A DNA stretch of 64,000 nucleotides. Source: Vicugna vicugna. Taxonomy: Eukaryota. The notes under the pieces were generated by a model. That model searched no databases. It was given only the letters and a program-made list of their open reading frames with translations, and was not told the origin of the DNA. The first letter of the stretch is position 1. The number at the start of each line of letters is the position of its first letter. Location: NCBI GenBank assembly GCA_013265495.1, contig MU057615.1, forward strand, positions 1-64,000, read 5' to 3'. A program made the translations under genes and the position numbers. This document shows, one piece after another, positions 50,286-63,850 of this stretch.

Positions 50286-52017
50286 CTTGACATTTTCTAC
50301 ACATAAGATCATGTTATCTGTGAACAGAGATAATTTTACTTTTTTGTTCAAATTTGGCTGCCTTTTAAGTTCTTTTTCTTCCCTAGTTGCTCTGGCTAGG
50401 ACTGCCAGTACTACATTGAATAGAAGTGGTAAAGTGGGTAATCCTCATGTGGTTCCTGATCTTAGAGGAAATACTTTCAGTCATTCATTATTGAGTATGA
50501 TGTTAACTGTGGGCTTTTCAGTATATGACCTTTATTATGTTTGGGTTGTTTCTTTCAAATTCCTAGTCTCTTAGTATTTTTGTCATGAAAGGGTGTTGAG
50601 TTTTATCAAATGCTTTTTCTACATCAATTGCAAAGATCATATGATTTTTTTTTCATTTCTGTTAATACAGTGCATTGCGTTAATTGTTGTATGTTGAAAC
50701 ATCCTTGCTGTTCAGGAATAAATCTCACTTGGTCTTGTTGTATAATCCCTTTGACGTACTATTGAATTATGTTTGATAATATTTCATCGAGGATTTTTGT
50801 GTCAGTATTTATAAGGCTATTGTCTAGTTTTCTTCCAGTGTCTTTGTCTGGTTTTGCTCTCAGGATAATGCTGGCATCATAGAATGACTTTGGAAGTGTT
50901 CCCTCTTCTTTGAGTCTTCTGGAGGAGGCTGAGGAGGAATGATGATTCTTCATTAAGTATTCAGTAGAATTCACCAATGAAGTCATGTGGTCCTGGGCTT
51001 TTCTTTTTGGGGAAGTTTTAGGTTACTGATTTAGTCTCCTCAGTAGTTAGGGATCTGCTCAAGTTTTCTATTTCTTCATTATTTATTCTTAATTGGTTAC
51101 ATTTCTAGGAAGTTCCAATTTCATTTTAGTTATCTGACTTGTTGGTGTACATTTTTTCATAGTTTTTTCTAGTAATCCTTTTTATTTTGGTAACATATGT
51201 TATAATGTCCCTCTTTCACTTTTTTATTTCGGTTATTTGAGTTTTCTTTATTATTTCTTAGTCAATGTAACCTAAAGGTTTGTCAATTTTGTTGACTTTT
51301 CGAAGAACTAACTCCTGGTTTTGTTGATCTTGTTTATTGTTTTCCTGTTCTCTGTTCCGTTTACCTCTGTTCCGATTTTTATTTCCTTTCTTCTGCTAGC
51401 TTAGGGTTTAGTTTGTTTCTGTTTTTCTAGTTTCTTCAAGTGTAAAGCTGGTCTGTAGATTTGAAATCTTTCTTCGCTTTTAATGTCATTGTTTACAACT
51501 CTAAATTCCCTCTTAGCCCAGATTTTGCTGCATACTGTAAGGTTTTGTATGTGGCATTTTCATTTTCTTTAGTCTCAAGATATTTTCAAATTTACCTTGT
51601 GATTTCTCTCTTGACCTGTGGTTGTTTAAGAGAATGTTGTTTAATTTCTACATGTATGTGAATTTTCCAGTTTCCCCTCTGTTTTCAATTTCTCATTTCA
51701 TTGCAATTGTTGTGGTTTCTCTCCCTCAAAAACAGTAGAGAACAGAAAAATATATAATTTGCTTTCTGAAATCCCAATGCAAACCCCTCTGGGAGAGCTT
51801 TTTATTAATTCTTATGACAATGGAGCTTTTCTCAGTTGGGCAATTTGTGGTGAATTATTTGGATTTATCACCCGCAAAGTTGAACGGCAGATTGTTATAA
51901 ACTGCAAATGCATTTGGGCTGTTAACTTGAGCATGATAAATGATTTTTCTTAAGGTAAATATTTAGGTTTATCTATTTCACACATTTACAATGCCTCCCA
52001 TTTCAACAAGATCCATC

Positions 52018-52570
52018 TGTTACCAAACTCAGGTCTGCCTATTTGCTGTTGGAAAATCAGTCCCTGAGAGGCAATCGTTGGTAAAATGGAAAATTGTTTT
52101 TCATCAGAATGCCAGCAATCTGGGGAGATAGTGGACTTGGTGCCCTCCAAAAACCGTCTCCGAAGATTCTGCTCACCCATGGAATTTTAAAGGGGAAAGG
52201 GGAAGTGATCTCAGGTGATCACTGAGATGGGGGTCAGAGTTGTCATCCCTGAACTGCATGCAGGCTTGTCAACTTCTCGTGATGCTTCCTTAGATGCCGT
52301 CTTGTTCACACAGTTTGTTCAGGAGAGGACTGAAGGGGAAGTTAGGCAAGAGATCTGGTCATCTGTCAGTTACTTAGTCTTCGTTTCTACTTCCTTGCTC
52401 TAGGAAAGGACCAACAGGTCAGGCCAGGTACTGTGTGATCAGAAGATTGGAAAGGTGTGCTAAGGCCAGAGATGAGTAGGGCACGGGGGCACCTGGTTTG
52501 TTAGTGACAGTACAGATTTGCTAAAGTGACGATACAAAAGGGGCTTCCAGCAGAGAGCTACTTTCACATA
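52018..52570 (-). mobile_element. ERV1 solo LTR (family D)
   Basis: TGTTACCAAAC start, minus-strand TATA-like TTTTAAA at ~52185, flanking CATC (52014-52017 / 52571-52574) as a probable TSD. Confidence 0.8.
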
Positions 52571-53269
52571 CATCTCAGTAGTTCATATAGTTCTCACAGA
52601 ATACCAGACATTTGAACTTCTTTGAACTGCTTGCAGTTTAAGCATTAAATTGCAGAAAATCAGCACTTCTTTACTTGTGAACCAGTGAAATTATTACACC
52701 ATTTGCTCCTGATTCTTAAGGCCCCCCCCTAAAATTAAGTGTTTTACTGTTTACCTCCTGTCACCTAAGGAAAAGCCAATTCCACATCTCCTAGCTTGTC
52801 CACAGATAGCAGAGAAAACTGTCCTGCAGCTCATTATCTCATTTCTTAGGAAACTGCTAATGTAGGAGATGGCCTTGGCTATGACCATAACGATTGGCCT
52901 AGAACAAGGTGGAAAATGTGTATCATCAACATGTACATGTAAATAAGAGTAGGTGTCACGTACTAGACACAGATTTATCTGAGAAATGCACAGCCTTTGT
53001 CCTTGAAGTGTGTCTGTTTGCTGGCACTCCCTCTCCATACTGTATTCAAAGGGCGTCCCTCCCGCACCCCCCCCCCGCTGGAAGCTCTCTGTGGGGCAAG
53101 CCCCTAAAGCCATCTTAGTTGGCACCACCCTTCTGTGCAAGACCACCAGCATGGGGATCATCTGCTCACTTCAGGGGTAACCTCCTCTGCTTGGCTTCTG
53201 GGGACTCTGCAGTGTGACACCCCACCGTCTGCCCAGATGCCCACTCTCTGCTCTACCTGCTGAAGTCCC

Positions 53270-53520
53270 TGTGGTCCCCACACTGGCCTCTGGCTTATTC
53301 CCACCCCTGCATGACTTGTCCTCTTACCTCTGCCCTCCCTTCCCCCCACTTCCAGCTGTGCATTGTCTTCCTCAGAATGACCACAGGTACAAGTTGTCCT
53401 GGCTCCAGAGCCCTCTCTCAAACCCCCTCTTCCAGGAAGCCTTCCTGGACTTCTGCTCATGTTGGTCTCACCCTCCACGGAGACCCAACTGCACTCATAG
53501 CTGCCGTTGTGTAATTTAAC
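53270..53520 (+). mobile_element. Probable L2 remnant
   Basis: CACTGGCCTC..CCTCTTCCAGGAAGCCTTCCTGGAC resembles L2 3' consensus. Confidence 0.45.
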
Positions 53521-56500
53521 ATTTTTTCCAAAGTAGATGACAATGCAAAAACAACTTCCTCTGTCAGAGAATCAAAACTTCCTTGAAGATAGACATCATT
53601 TCTGAAGCCTCAGTGTTTTGCTTCAGAACCTCGTAGGGCTGGTCCTCAATTGATTAAAAAAAAAGATAGAAATTTCCAGGGATTCTTTAATGGTGTCCCC
53701 CAAATTAGAGTTTATTTTCCAAAGTGTGATGAGAATAATTATCACCGTGAGTGATAAAATGAGACTTTGAGACATCACACAAAGCAGGGTCAGTAATTTC
53801 CTCTAAGAATTTGTATTCTAAAACCTTATTACACTGAAAAATGAATGTGTGTTTTCAGCTATGGTGATGAGAGGTAATCAGTTGCTGTGTAGGTAGAGAT
53901 GCTTCTTTTTTATTGGGGTAAATTCCACTAGTTTAGATAAGTGTGATTGAGGGGTGTGTGTGTGTGTGTCTGTTCCTAAGCAAATACTCAGTAAACTATC
54001 AGCCAGTCTTAATTAAGGGAGACATTAAATAACGTTGAGAGTAACAGGAAGTGTGGCCAGTAGAGTTGCTTCTTTCAGTGAATGGATAATGGCTGTTTTC
54101 CTAAGGGGCTGCTCTTAGGTGCGGGAAGACAGCTGGTTCCCGTAAGCAGTGCAGGAAATTCTGTGCACCGTCTGCATTTCTTCAGCAGCTACTTCCCAGT
54201 AGCTCCAGCGCTCCAGCACTTGGTTTAGATACTCAAGGGGGATCTTTTGATGGGTCAGGGAAACCGTATCTCAAGCATGCTAACTGCGTGAGCCAGGGCG
54301 AGCCGTGTGAGTCGAGCACTGACATTCGGTCTCCTGCAAAGCTGTATGAGAGGAGGAGGAAAACTTCAGTGCTGTGCCCTGAGCTGATGCTCGGTGAGCC
54401 TGTCCCCTGCTTCCCTCTAACTGGGAGTTAGGACGGGCTGGCCACGCCCTGGGGGTGGAGAGTGTGGAGTCCACTGCCGCACGATGTCCTGAAGCCAAAG
54501 AAATGTCTGAAAGATGCTGTGAGCATTAAATACGACTGCAGTGATTTAAGCATTTTATTCTTCTTAAGGCTCTTCAAAGTGCTATTTAACAAATTGGCTT
54601 CTGCATTAGAGAACCATCTAGATTGGCCTTCAAAGAGCGGAAATGTGGACTGAATTTTATAATGGCTGATATGGAATACCAAAGTGACATACACAAACCT
54701 GGAGAGAGTGGCTTTCAGGAGAATCTTTTTCACTGCATGTCCTAACGCTCCTGAGTTATATCTGAATATAACTGAGAACAGCTTCAGTAGAGTGTAGGCC
54801 TTAACTTTAGGGGTTAGAGTGTGACTGTGCGAAGCCACGTCTTTCCTTGTGTTGCACCAGGGGGTGATAATGTTAAATGGATGCGACAGTCATGCATAAT
54901 AATTTCTCAGTCATATGATCTCTTGTAATGTGAACTTCGTTTAGCTGCCTTATGTTCTTATTATGTGGAAATGGATATAAATTCTTTAAAAAAATTTTAA
55001 ATGGCATTTTTATTTGTATGCTCTTGGGTATAATATTCTAAATTTATTCCCCAGTCTAGAAAATGTGAATTAATCTTAGGCTCCCTGCATCGTGTAACTG
55101 AGTCAGCTGGTCACAATTACACCACCTGAATTCTCCCAAGTGCAGACCACCCCACTCCCATTTCCCCTTCCTCTTGCCATTTCTCTTCTGGATGACTACT
55201 TATGGGTGGGGCAGCCTCCACACTGCCCTTCCTCTGGGTCACTCCGCTGATTAAAATGCTATAATGATCCCACTTGCCTCTTCTCTGTGGAAAAGGCCCA
55301 ATGCCCTCCTGGGAGATGCCAGACCCCAACACCCGATCCCAGCCTCAGCTCCACCACTCATAGCAGCAGCAAACTCAAGACTGTCTGTTGAGGGCCTCCT
55401 CTGTCTTAACACCTTAGTCTTCTATCCGGGTGGCCTCCCAGATTCAGTAATTGACACCCCAGGAAGCCTCTTGTGTGATCTGGCCCCACGTCCCCAAGGT
55501 TAGTCTTTTACAGATCTTTCATAGTAGTCATTAATCTGTCCTATGGTAGCTGTCTTTGCCACCTCCTGAGCTAGAACTCAACCCTGCAGATTTGTTCCAA
55601 CCGCTGTCTCCAGTCAAGGGCGTGTTGCCTAGTACTGTGCACGAGTAGCAGATGTGTGGATAAGTGAATGACCCAGAGAGCTGGAGGAAAGTCGCAAAAG
55701 AATTGTGATGAAGCAAAGCAACTGATCCAAAGTCTCCAAACAAAGGCCGAGATCACAATGTTCAAATGAATTCAGTAAGGAGAAGTACATGTAGTGGCGT
55801 GGCTTGGGACCACGGGGAGGCATGTCACTGCAGCGGAGGTGAGAGGAAGCCTAGGGCCTTGTCCTAAAAGGATGTCCCTTCCTTGGCTGAAATATGTGTG
55901 GGAGCATGTCTTTTGGAATATTAAAGCAGAATTTCCCTCAAGGAACTCCAAGTCAGATTCTGGATGGGTGTGAGGCAGTGAACACAAGCCCCAAGGTTAA
56001 AGGGGAAAACAGTAGTCCAGTAACGCTGTTGCTTGATTGCTTCTGCTGCGAGTTCTCCAGGCCTGAAGAAGGAGCAGTGGCTGGAGAAGCAGATCATGCT
56101 GTCATGACCGTTGAACCCTTCACTCGTGTAAGAGCAAAGGCATGTGATTTTTTTTCTTTCACTGTAATAACTACATCTATAATCCATCAAATATTTGGAT
56201 TTCTAAGTGCTCTGTGCACCTCCTTTCTGGACGGCCAGACCTAATGTGTAATACACTGGGGCGAGCACGGCTCAGAAGCCTGTGGCTCATCTTTTTGTAA
56301 CACAGACTCTTTGTTTTTCTCTTTGTTCCAAGCAGGTTTACAGGAGTTTAGTATCTCTATTTGAAGGACTTTATGCCTAATCTGGGGCATATTTGCTTTC
56401 CCTTTTACAAAACCATAGGTATTCTGTGACAAATGAACCCATGCTCATGTTAATTTTTCTTCTTCTGTTTCTCTTTATTGGTGATGTTGGTGTCTGGGGA

Positions 56501-57629
56501 GGGGTGCTTTTGTCCTCAAGATATCTATCTATCTGCCTAGAGACAGATAGACAGAGATACCAATATCGAGATCGATGTAGTTTTTTTTTTCTTGCTTTCT
56601 CCTTGTTGGTCTACAGCTCTGGGCTCTGTGACAAAGTCCTTTATCTGGATTTGACTAGCACCTGGTGCACCCATAAAGCGAGATAGTTCAACAGCATTCT
56701 TGAAAACATATTTACTTGTCTAAATTTCATTTTGTGTTCATTCAATTTGTTTTTCCTATCCTTATATTATTTGTAAATCCTTTAAGACATAAAAAAACAT
56801 GCCTCTCTCTCTTTACCTGGAGTATTTGTGGAAAAGAGCTGTTTACTGTGACACCTGCCTGAGATGAAAATAAAAGTTGGGGGCAAAGGTGACCAAAATA
56901 TTGAAAGGAAAAGCTGAGGAATGAGGTGTTTATAGCCGACTCTGAAAAGAACCAGCATATTCTTGAGACTCTAGAAGGGCACACATTTGTCAGGTACAGG
57001 GCTTTGAGCATGCCCAGTGCTACATGCATGACTAGGAAAGACCTGAGAACGCCCTAAGCTCTGAGTAACTCTGGGGCTTTGCACAAATAGGAAGTGAAGG
57101 CTAAAGCAGAGCTATAATATGTTTACCGGAGCATTGAAGGTGGACCCGAACATGCACACAAAGCCCTTTGCCAAAGGCTGGGAGATTAATTACTTCCAAG
57201 CACTTGAGAAAATCACTGTCCAGCCAGTAAGCTGTTCCACCAGCTAACTGAGCAGAGGCGTGGGTGCCTACACAACACGAAATACAGCAACAAATACAGT
57301 AACAAGAAAAGGAACAAAACAAACCCTGGGAGGAAAAGAAATTTGATTTCCAGACTTTTATCACATTATGTTATTTTAAATGTCATGTTTTCACAACAAA
57401 TAAATTATGAGGCATGGAAAGGAACATGAAAGATTAGACGATACTCGGGAAAAAGCAGTCAGTAGAAACTGGCCTTGATGTCTTTGGACTTGATAGAAAA
57501 GGACTTTAAATCATGTATATAAAATATGTTCAAAGAACTAACAGAAACCATGTCTAAAAAATTAATGAAAGACATATCTCACCAAATGGAGAATGTAGAA
57601 AAGGAGATAAGACTTTATATAAGAAATGA

Positions 57630-57665
57630 ATCAGAGGAGATCAGGCGTGTTCAGTGTGGTATGGC
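57630..57665 (-). pseudogene. 5S rRNA fragment (nt ~8-43), antisense, at the 5' junction of an L1 insertion
   Basis: ATCAGAGGAGATCAGGCGTGTTCAGTGTGGTATGGC vs reverse complement of mammalian 5S ATCAGACGAGATCGGGCGCGTTCAGGGTGGTATGGC: 32/36 identical by manual alignment. Confidence 0.85.
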
Positions 57666-58240
57666 ACTATTTACAATAGCAAAGACATGGAAACAGCCTA
57701 AATGTCCATAGACAGATGACTGGGTAAAGAAGATGTGGTTTATTTATACAATGGAATACTACTCAGCCATAAAAACCGACAACGTAATGCCATTTGCAGC
57801 AACATCGATGCTCCTGGAGAATGTCATTCTAAGTGAAGTAAGCCAGAAAGAGAAAGAAAAATACCATATGAGATCGCTCATATGTGGAATCTAAAAAGAA
57901 AAAAGAAGAAGAAGAAAGAAAGAAAAAGAAAGACAAATGAACATAAATACAAAACAGAAACAGACTCATAGACATAGACTACAAACTTGTGGTTGCCAGG
58001 GGGGAGGGGGTAGGAAGGGGCAGACTGGAAGTTCAAAATTTGTAGATACTGACAGGCATATATAGAATAGATAAACAAGATTATACTGTATAGCAAAGGG
58101 ATATGTATACAAGATCTTGTGGTAGCTCAAGGTGAAAAAGAATGTGACAATGAATATATGTATGTCCATGTATCACTGAAAAATTGTGCTCTACACTGGA
58201 AATTGACACAACATTGTAAACTGACTATAACTCAATTAAA
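57664..58240 (+). mobile_element. Young L1 3' end (5S-L1 chimeric insertion)
   Basis: GCACTATTTACAATAGC.. ORF2 C-terminus + 3'UTR. Perfect 13-bp TSD AAGAAATGAATCA (57621-57633 / 58241-58253) encloses both the 5S and L1 parts. Confidence 0.95.
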
Positions 58241-59444
58241 AAGAAATGAATCAAAACAAGATTCTAGAATTGAAAAATACTATAATTGAGATGAAAACAT
58301 CACTAGAGGCACTGAACAGCAGATTCAAGTAATAGAAGAAAGTGTCAGTGCACATGGATATGGGTCAGTTGGGATTTTTCAGTCCAAAGGACAGAAATTT
58401 TGAAAAGTGTAGATAATCAATAGAGCCTCAGAGACTTGTGAGTCATTTAGGTGATCTGCATAAATGTATATACATAAGGGGAGTCCCAGCAGGGGAGAAG
58501 TGGAGACATAAAGAATATTTAAAAAATTAATGGCCCCAAACTTCCCAAATTTGATGAAAACAATTAATTCACACATCTAAGGAGCTCAAAGGACACTAGG
58601 TAGGAAAACCTCAACAGATCCATAGCAGACACAAATTAGTCAGCCTTACTGAAGCCAAAGAGAAAGGAACTTGACATTGAAGAGAAGCTTTCCTGCTACA
58701 AGGGATCCTCAGTAAGCTTGCCAGTCAGTTTCTCAGGAAGCGTGGAGGTCAGAACGTAGTGAGAAAATACATAGAGTGCTAAAAACGTATACATACAAAC
58801 GTATACTACAGTGCTGTACTATATAAGAAGTCTATATGCAGTAAAACTAGCCTTCAAAAATAAAGGAGAGATTCAGACACTCCTAGGTACACAGAAACAG
58901 AGAAAATTCATTATTTGTGGACTTGCCCATAAGAAATACTGAGAAGAGTCCTTCAGGACTAAATGAAAAAACACTGGAGAGTAACTGGACCTACGTGAAG
59001 AAGTAAAGAGCCCCAGTATAAATAACTAAATAGGTAAATGTAAAAACTATACAAATGTATTTCAGTTTTGAATATTTTCCTGCTATCTAAATTAAAAGGC
59101 AGTGGCATAAAGCAAGAATTAGTCATCTGTGTTGATACAATAATGCAAAAAAGTGCAAATTGTCATACTTGACATAGCACAAAGGGGCAGGGAATGGAGC
59201 TGTGTATGTGCATAGCTTTGGCATATTATTGAAATTAAGTTAGACTTGATGGGAGCTGGATGATTATAATTAAGAAAATAATTCAAAAATAGAGTAAAAG
59301 AAAGAACAAGGGAATTAAAATGGTGCACTAGAAAATATCAACTTAATGCAAAAAAAGGCAGCAATGGAAGAAGAAAGGAACAAAGAAGACATAAGATATA
59401 TACAAAAACACAAATGGCACACTCAAATCCTACCTTACTAATTA

Positions 59445-59640
59445 TAACTGCTATACATAAAATAAGAGAAACAGCAAGATCCTGCTGTACAGCACAGGGA
59501 AATATATCCAGTGCCTTTTAATAGCCTATAATGAAGACAAATATGAAAGGGAACATACGTAAATATATATATATCTGAATCATTATGCTGTGCACCAGAA
59601 ATTAACACAACTATACCAACCAACTATACTTCAATAAAAG
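59445..59640 (+). mobile_element. Young L1 3' terminal fragment
   Basis: CAGCAAGATCCTGCTGTACAGCACAGGGAA..CAACTATACTTCAATAAAA. Confidence 0.88.
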
Positions 59641-60179
59641 TTTTTTAAAAATACACATGCTGAATTATTGAAAAAATCATTTAAACACTCCAATCAAAAG
59701 ACAGAGATTGACAGAATAGATTTAAAAATTTGATCCAAATATATACTGTCTGTAAGAGACAGAGTTTAGATTCAGAGACACAAGTTTTCTGTAAGTGAAG
59801 GGATAGAAATAATACATAACATGCAACCAGTAACAGAAAGCAGGCTAGGGTGGCTGTATCAGACAAAACAGACTTTTTGAGAAATATTATTAGAGTCAAA
59901 AAAGGATATTTTATAATTATAAAAGAGTTAATCTACCAAGCAAACATATCAGTTGTGAGTATACTTAGACCTAATAAGAGAGCCCTAAAATGTATGAAGT
60001 GAAAAAACAGACAGCGTTGAAAAGAGAAATAGGTAATTCAACAAGAATGGTTGGCGCCTTCGATACCTTACCTTCAACAATGACTAGAACAGCTAGACAG
60101 AGCAACAAGACAATAGATTTGAGTGCTGTGAACTATCTAGGCCTAACTGACATCCGCAGAACTCAACAATAGCAGAACA

Positions 60180-60497
60180 CGGGCAGGCCTCGATTTTTTG
60201 CACTTTGCTTTAATGTACTTTGCAGATATTGGGGTTTTTACAAAATGAAGATTTGTGACAACTCTGCGTTGTCAGGTGATGGTTAGCATTTTTTAGCAAT
60301 AAAGTATTTTTTCATCAACGTATGTACATTTTTAAAGATATGTTACTGCACACTTAAGAGACTACAGTATAATACTAGAGTGCTTAACTTTTATATGCAC
60401 TAGGAAACCAGCAGTTTCCTGTAAGTCATTTTACTGTAATATTTGCTTTATTGTGGTGATCTGGAACTGAACCCGCAGTGTCTCTGAGGTATGCTGG
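60180..60497 (+). mobile_element. Tigger1 internally deleted derivative (DNA transposon, Tigger1a-like)
   Basis: Tigger1 5' end (..GCAGATATTG..TTTTTACAAAATGAAG) joined to 3' end (TGATGGTTAGCATTTTTTAGCAATAAAG..GGAACTGAACCCGCA..GAGGTATGC), TA at the right flank. Confidence 0.9.
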
Positions 60498-61251
60498 TAC
60501 ACATTCTTCTCAAGTACACACGGGTCATTCTCCTCCATTCTTCAGGGAAAAATGTCTATATTAGGCCATTAAATAAATTTCAGTAAATTTAGAAGATATG
60601 AAATCATACAAAATATCTTCTCCATTCATAATGGAATGAAATTGGAAATCAGTAACGGAAAAAAATTGGGGGGAATTCACAAATATGTGGAAATTAAATT
60701 AAACAGTACACTCCTAAATAACAAGTGGGTCAAATAAGAAATGGGAATTAGAAAATACTCTTTTGAGTTGAAAAAACAGAAACACAGTGTTCCAGAACTT
60801 ATGAGATGCTGCACCAGCTGTGCTTGGAGGAGAGTGGATAAGTGCAAATGCCTGTTCTGAAAAAGAGTACCTCAGATAGGTAACTTGAATTTCCCATCTC
60901 AAAAAAGTAGAAAAACAAGAGAAAAATGGCCAAAAAAGGAGAAGGAAGGAAATAATAAAGATTACATTAGAAATAAATTAAAAAATGAATCAAAAACAAC
61001 AGAGAAAATCAACAAAACCCAAAGTTGGTTCCTTGAAAAGATCAGCAGAATTGACAAACCCTTAGCTACACCAAGGAAAAAAGGGAGAAGATGCAAATTA
61101 CTAAATTAAGGAATGAAAGAGGAGACAGCACAACTAAAAGGAAAAAAAAATGCTTATAAAGAAATACTAAAAAAAATTGTATGTCAACAAATGAAATAAC
61201 CTGGATGCAATAAACAAATTCCTAGAAAAATTTCCAAAACTGACTCAAGAT

Positions 61252-62125
61252 TCATACCAGTTAGGATGACTAATATAAAACACACAAAACAAAACAAAAC
61301 ACCTACAAGAGATAATAAGAATTGTCAAGGATGTGGAGAAATAGGAATCCTTGTACACTGTGGTGGGAATATAAAATGGTGCTGCTGCTATGGGAAACAG
61401 TATGGAAGTTCCTTAAAATATTAAAAATAGAGCTATCACATGATACAGCAACCTCACTCCTGGGTGTACGATCACAAAGAGGTCTCTGTACTCCCATGTT
61501 TATTGCAGCATATTCACAATAGCCAAGATCTGGAAATAGTCCTAATGTCCATAGATGGATGAATGGATAAAGAGAATGTGGTATATACACACTGGAATAT
61601 TATTCAACCTTAAAAAGGAAGGCAGTCCTGTCATTTGTGAGGATTGACTTCAGAGAACTTATGCTCAGTGAAATAAGTCATTCACAGAAGGACAAATACT
61701 CCATGATCCCACTTATATGAGGAATCTAAAATAGTCAGACTCATAGAGGCCGAGAATAGATGGTCATTGCCGGGGGTGGGGGGAGAAGGAAATGGGGAGT
61801 TGTTGTTCAGTGGGTATAAAGTTAGTCATACAAGAAGAGTAAGTTTCAGAGATCTGCTGTACAACATAGAGATGATAGTTAACAATACTGTGTTGTGCAC
61901 TTAGAAACTTGAGGGTAGATCACATGTTGAGTGTTCTCACCACCAATGAAAATCAAAGAGACACAAGAAACATTTCGGAGGTGATGGATGTGTTTATTAC
62001 CATTTTTGTGTGTGTGTGTGGTGATGGTATCACAGATATATGCATATGTCCTAATGCATCAAAAAGTGTACATTAAAATTGTGAAATATTTTTATATTAA
62101 ATTTATGTCGAAGTATTGTTTTAAA
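61252..62125 (+). mobile_element. L1MA9/10-like 3' end nested in old L1
   Basis: ORF2 C-terminus (..GLCTPMFIAA) and 3'UTR GAGATCTGCTGTACAACAT..TGTTCTCACCAC. Confidence 0.88.
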
Positions 62126-63604
62126 GAAGTAAAATCTGAGTAGACCTATCATGTGTAGGGATTTAATTAGTAATCAAAGGTCTTCCCATCAAGGAAAGGA
62201 CAGACCTGGATGGCTTCACAGGTGAGTTCTATCAAAACTTTAAGGACAGATCAACACCATTCTTTCACAGGCTCTTCAAAAATTTGAAGAGAAGGAATAC
62301 TTCCAAACTCATTCTATGAGGGGAATGTTATCTGGACACCAAAACCAGACAAAGACAGCACAAGAGGATGAAAACTGGAGAGCAACATCCCTTATGAACA
62401 TCTCTTCAAAGGTCCCCAACAAAGTAGTGGTAAACTGAATGCAGTAACAAGAATTTGATTAGACACCAGTGAGCAAGTAGGATTTATCCTAGGAATGGAA
62501 GGATAGTTCAAAGTATGAAAGTCATTCAATGTAATATTCCATGTTCATAGGATATTTATATCCATATGAATATTTGTAGAAAATCCATAGACCAACAAAT
62601 CGAATGATCATCTCAACAGATGCAGAACAACCATTTGACAAAATCAAGCATGCTTTTATGATAAAAATATCCAACAAACTAGGAATGGAAAGCATCTTCA
62701 TCAACTTGATAATCTATGAAAAACCCACAGTTAACATAATACGTAATGATGAAAGATTGACAGCTTCCACCCTGAGAACAGGAGCAAGACAAGGATATCC
62801 ACTCTCAACCGTTTCTATTCAACACTGTGCTGGATGTTATATCTAGAGAAATTAGGCAAGTTAATAATAAAAATAATGAAAGACTTCTCATTGGAAAGAA
62901 AGAAGTAAAACTGTCTTTGAAGATGACACACTCTTGTACATAGAAAATCAAAGGAATCTACAAAAACTATAGAACTAGTAAGTCCAGCAGTCACAGGATA
63001 CAAGATTAATATACGAAAACAATTGCATTTTTGGTATTTGCAATAAATAATAAATTAATAAATAAAATTAAATTAAGAAAACCCGTTTATAATAATATCA
63101 AAAGTAAAATATTTGCCAATAAATTTAACAAGGTAAGTTTAAGATTAATATACTGTGAATTACAAAGCATTGTTGAAAGAAATTAAGTATCTAAATAAAT
63201 GGAAAGACAACACATGTCCATAGATTGGACGACAGCATTCTTGAGATGGCAGTATGCCCAGACTGATCGACAGATTCAAAACGGTCTCTGTCAAAATCCC
63301 AGCACCCTTTTTGCATAAATTGATAAGTTGCTGAAAACATTTATATGGAGATTGCAAGCAACCGAGAAGAGTAAAAACAAAAACAGAACAAAAGAGGACT
63401 GACACTTCCTGACGTCTGAATCTACGGCAAAACTACGGTAAACAAGACAGAATGGTACAGGCGCAAGAATAGACATACATGTAAATGGAATATAATTGAG
63501 CATCCACAGATAAACTCTTGCATTTGTGGTCAATTGATTTTTTTTTGTCAGTTGATTTTTGACAAGGGTTGCAAGACAATTCAATGAGTAAAATAAAAGT
63601 TTGC

Positions 63605-63850
63605 CTTCATTCTGGGCTTCAGTTTCCCTTGATACAAGGATGATGACAGCACCCAGCCTCACAGGGTGGTTGTAAGTAACTGGAAAGGAGAAGTTTATAA
63701 GGCGTTCGGCTCAGAATGGTCACTTATTACTGTTGCATGTTGTTGGGCAGGTCAGTTAATCTCCTTGACTTTCAGATTCGTTATGTGTAAAAGGAGCATT
63801 ATCACATCCTCCTCACAAGGAGGGATGTGACGTAATGTTCGGAAAACCAG
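63605..63850 (+). mobile_element. Two MIR fragments
   Basis: CTGGGCTTCAGTTTCC..CTCACAGGGTGGTTGT and GGGCAGGTCAGTTAATCTC..TGTAAAAGGAG cores. Confidence 0.7.

Larger units (their letters stand above)
48285..51712 (-). mobile_element. L1MB-type element, ~3.4 kb (ORF2 RT + 3'UTR)
   Basis: RT motifs VKLSLFTDNMIL (ORF 50055-50351) and LPKSFYDASIILRAKPDKD (ORF 50759-50986); L1MB 3'UTR at 48300-48700. Confidence 0.93.
56850..63595 (+). mobile_element. Old, long L1 (5'UTR, ORF1, ORF2 EN/RT; 3' end missing) with four nested insertions
   Basis: ORF1-like (..NFPNLMKTIN region ~58530), EN-like (VGAFDTLPSTMTR, ORF 59990), KINKTQSWFLEKISRIDKPLA (ORF 60885), MIISTDAEQPFDKIKHAFMIK..TGARQGYPLS (ORF 62604). 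Confidence 0.92.
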
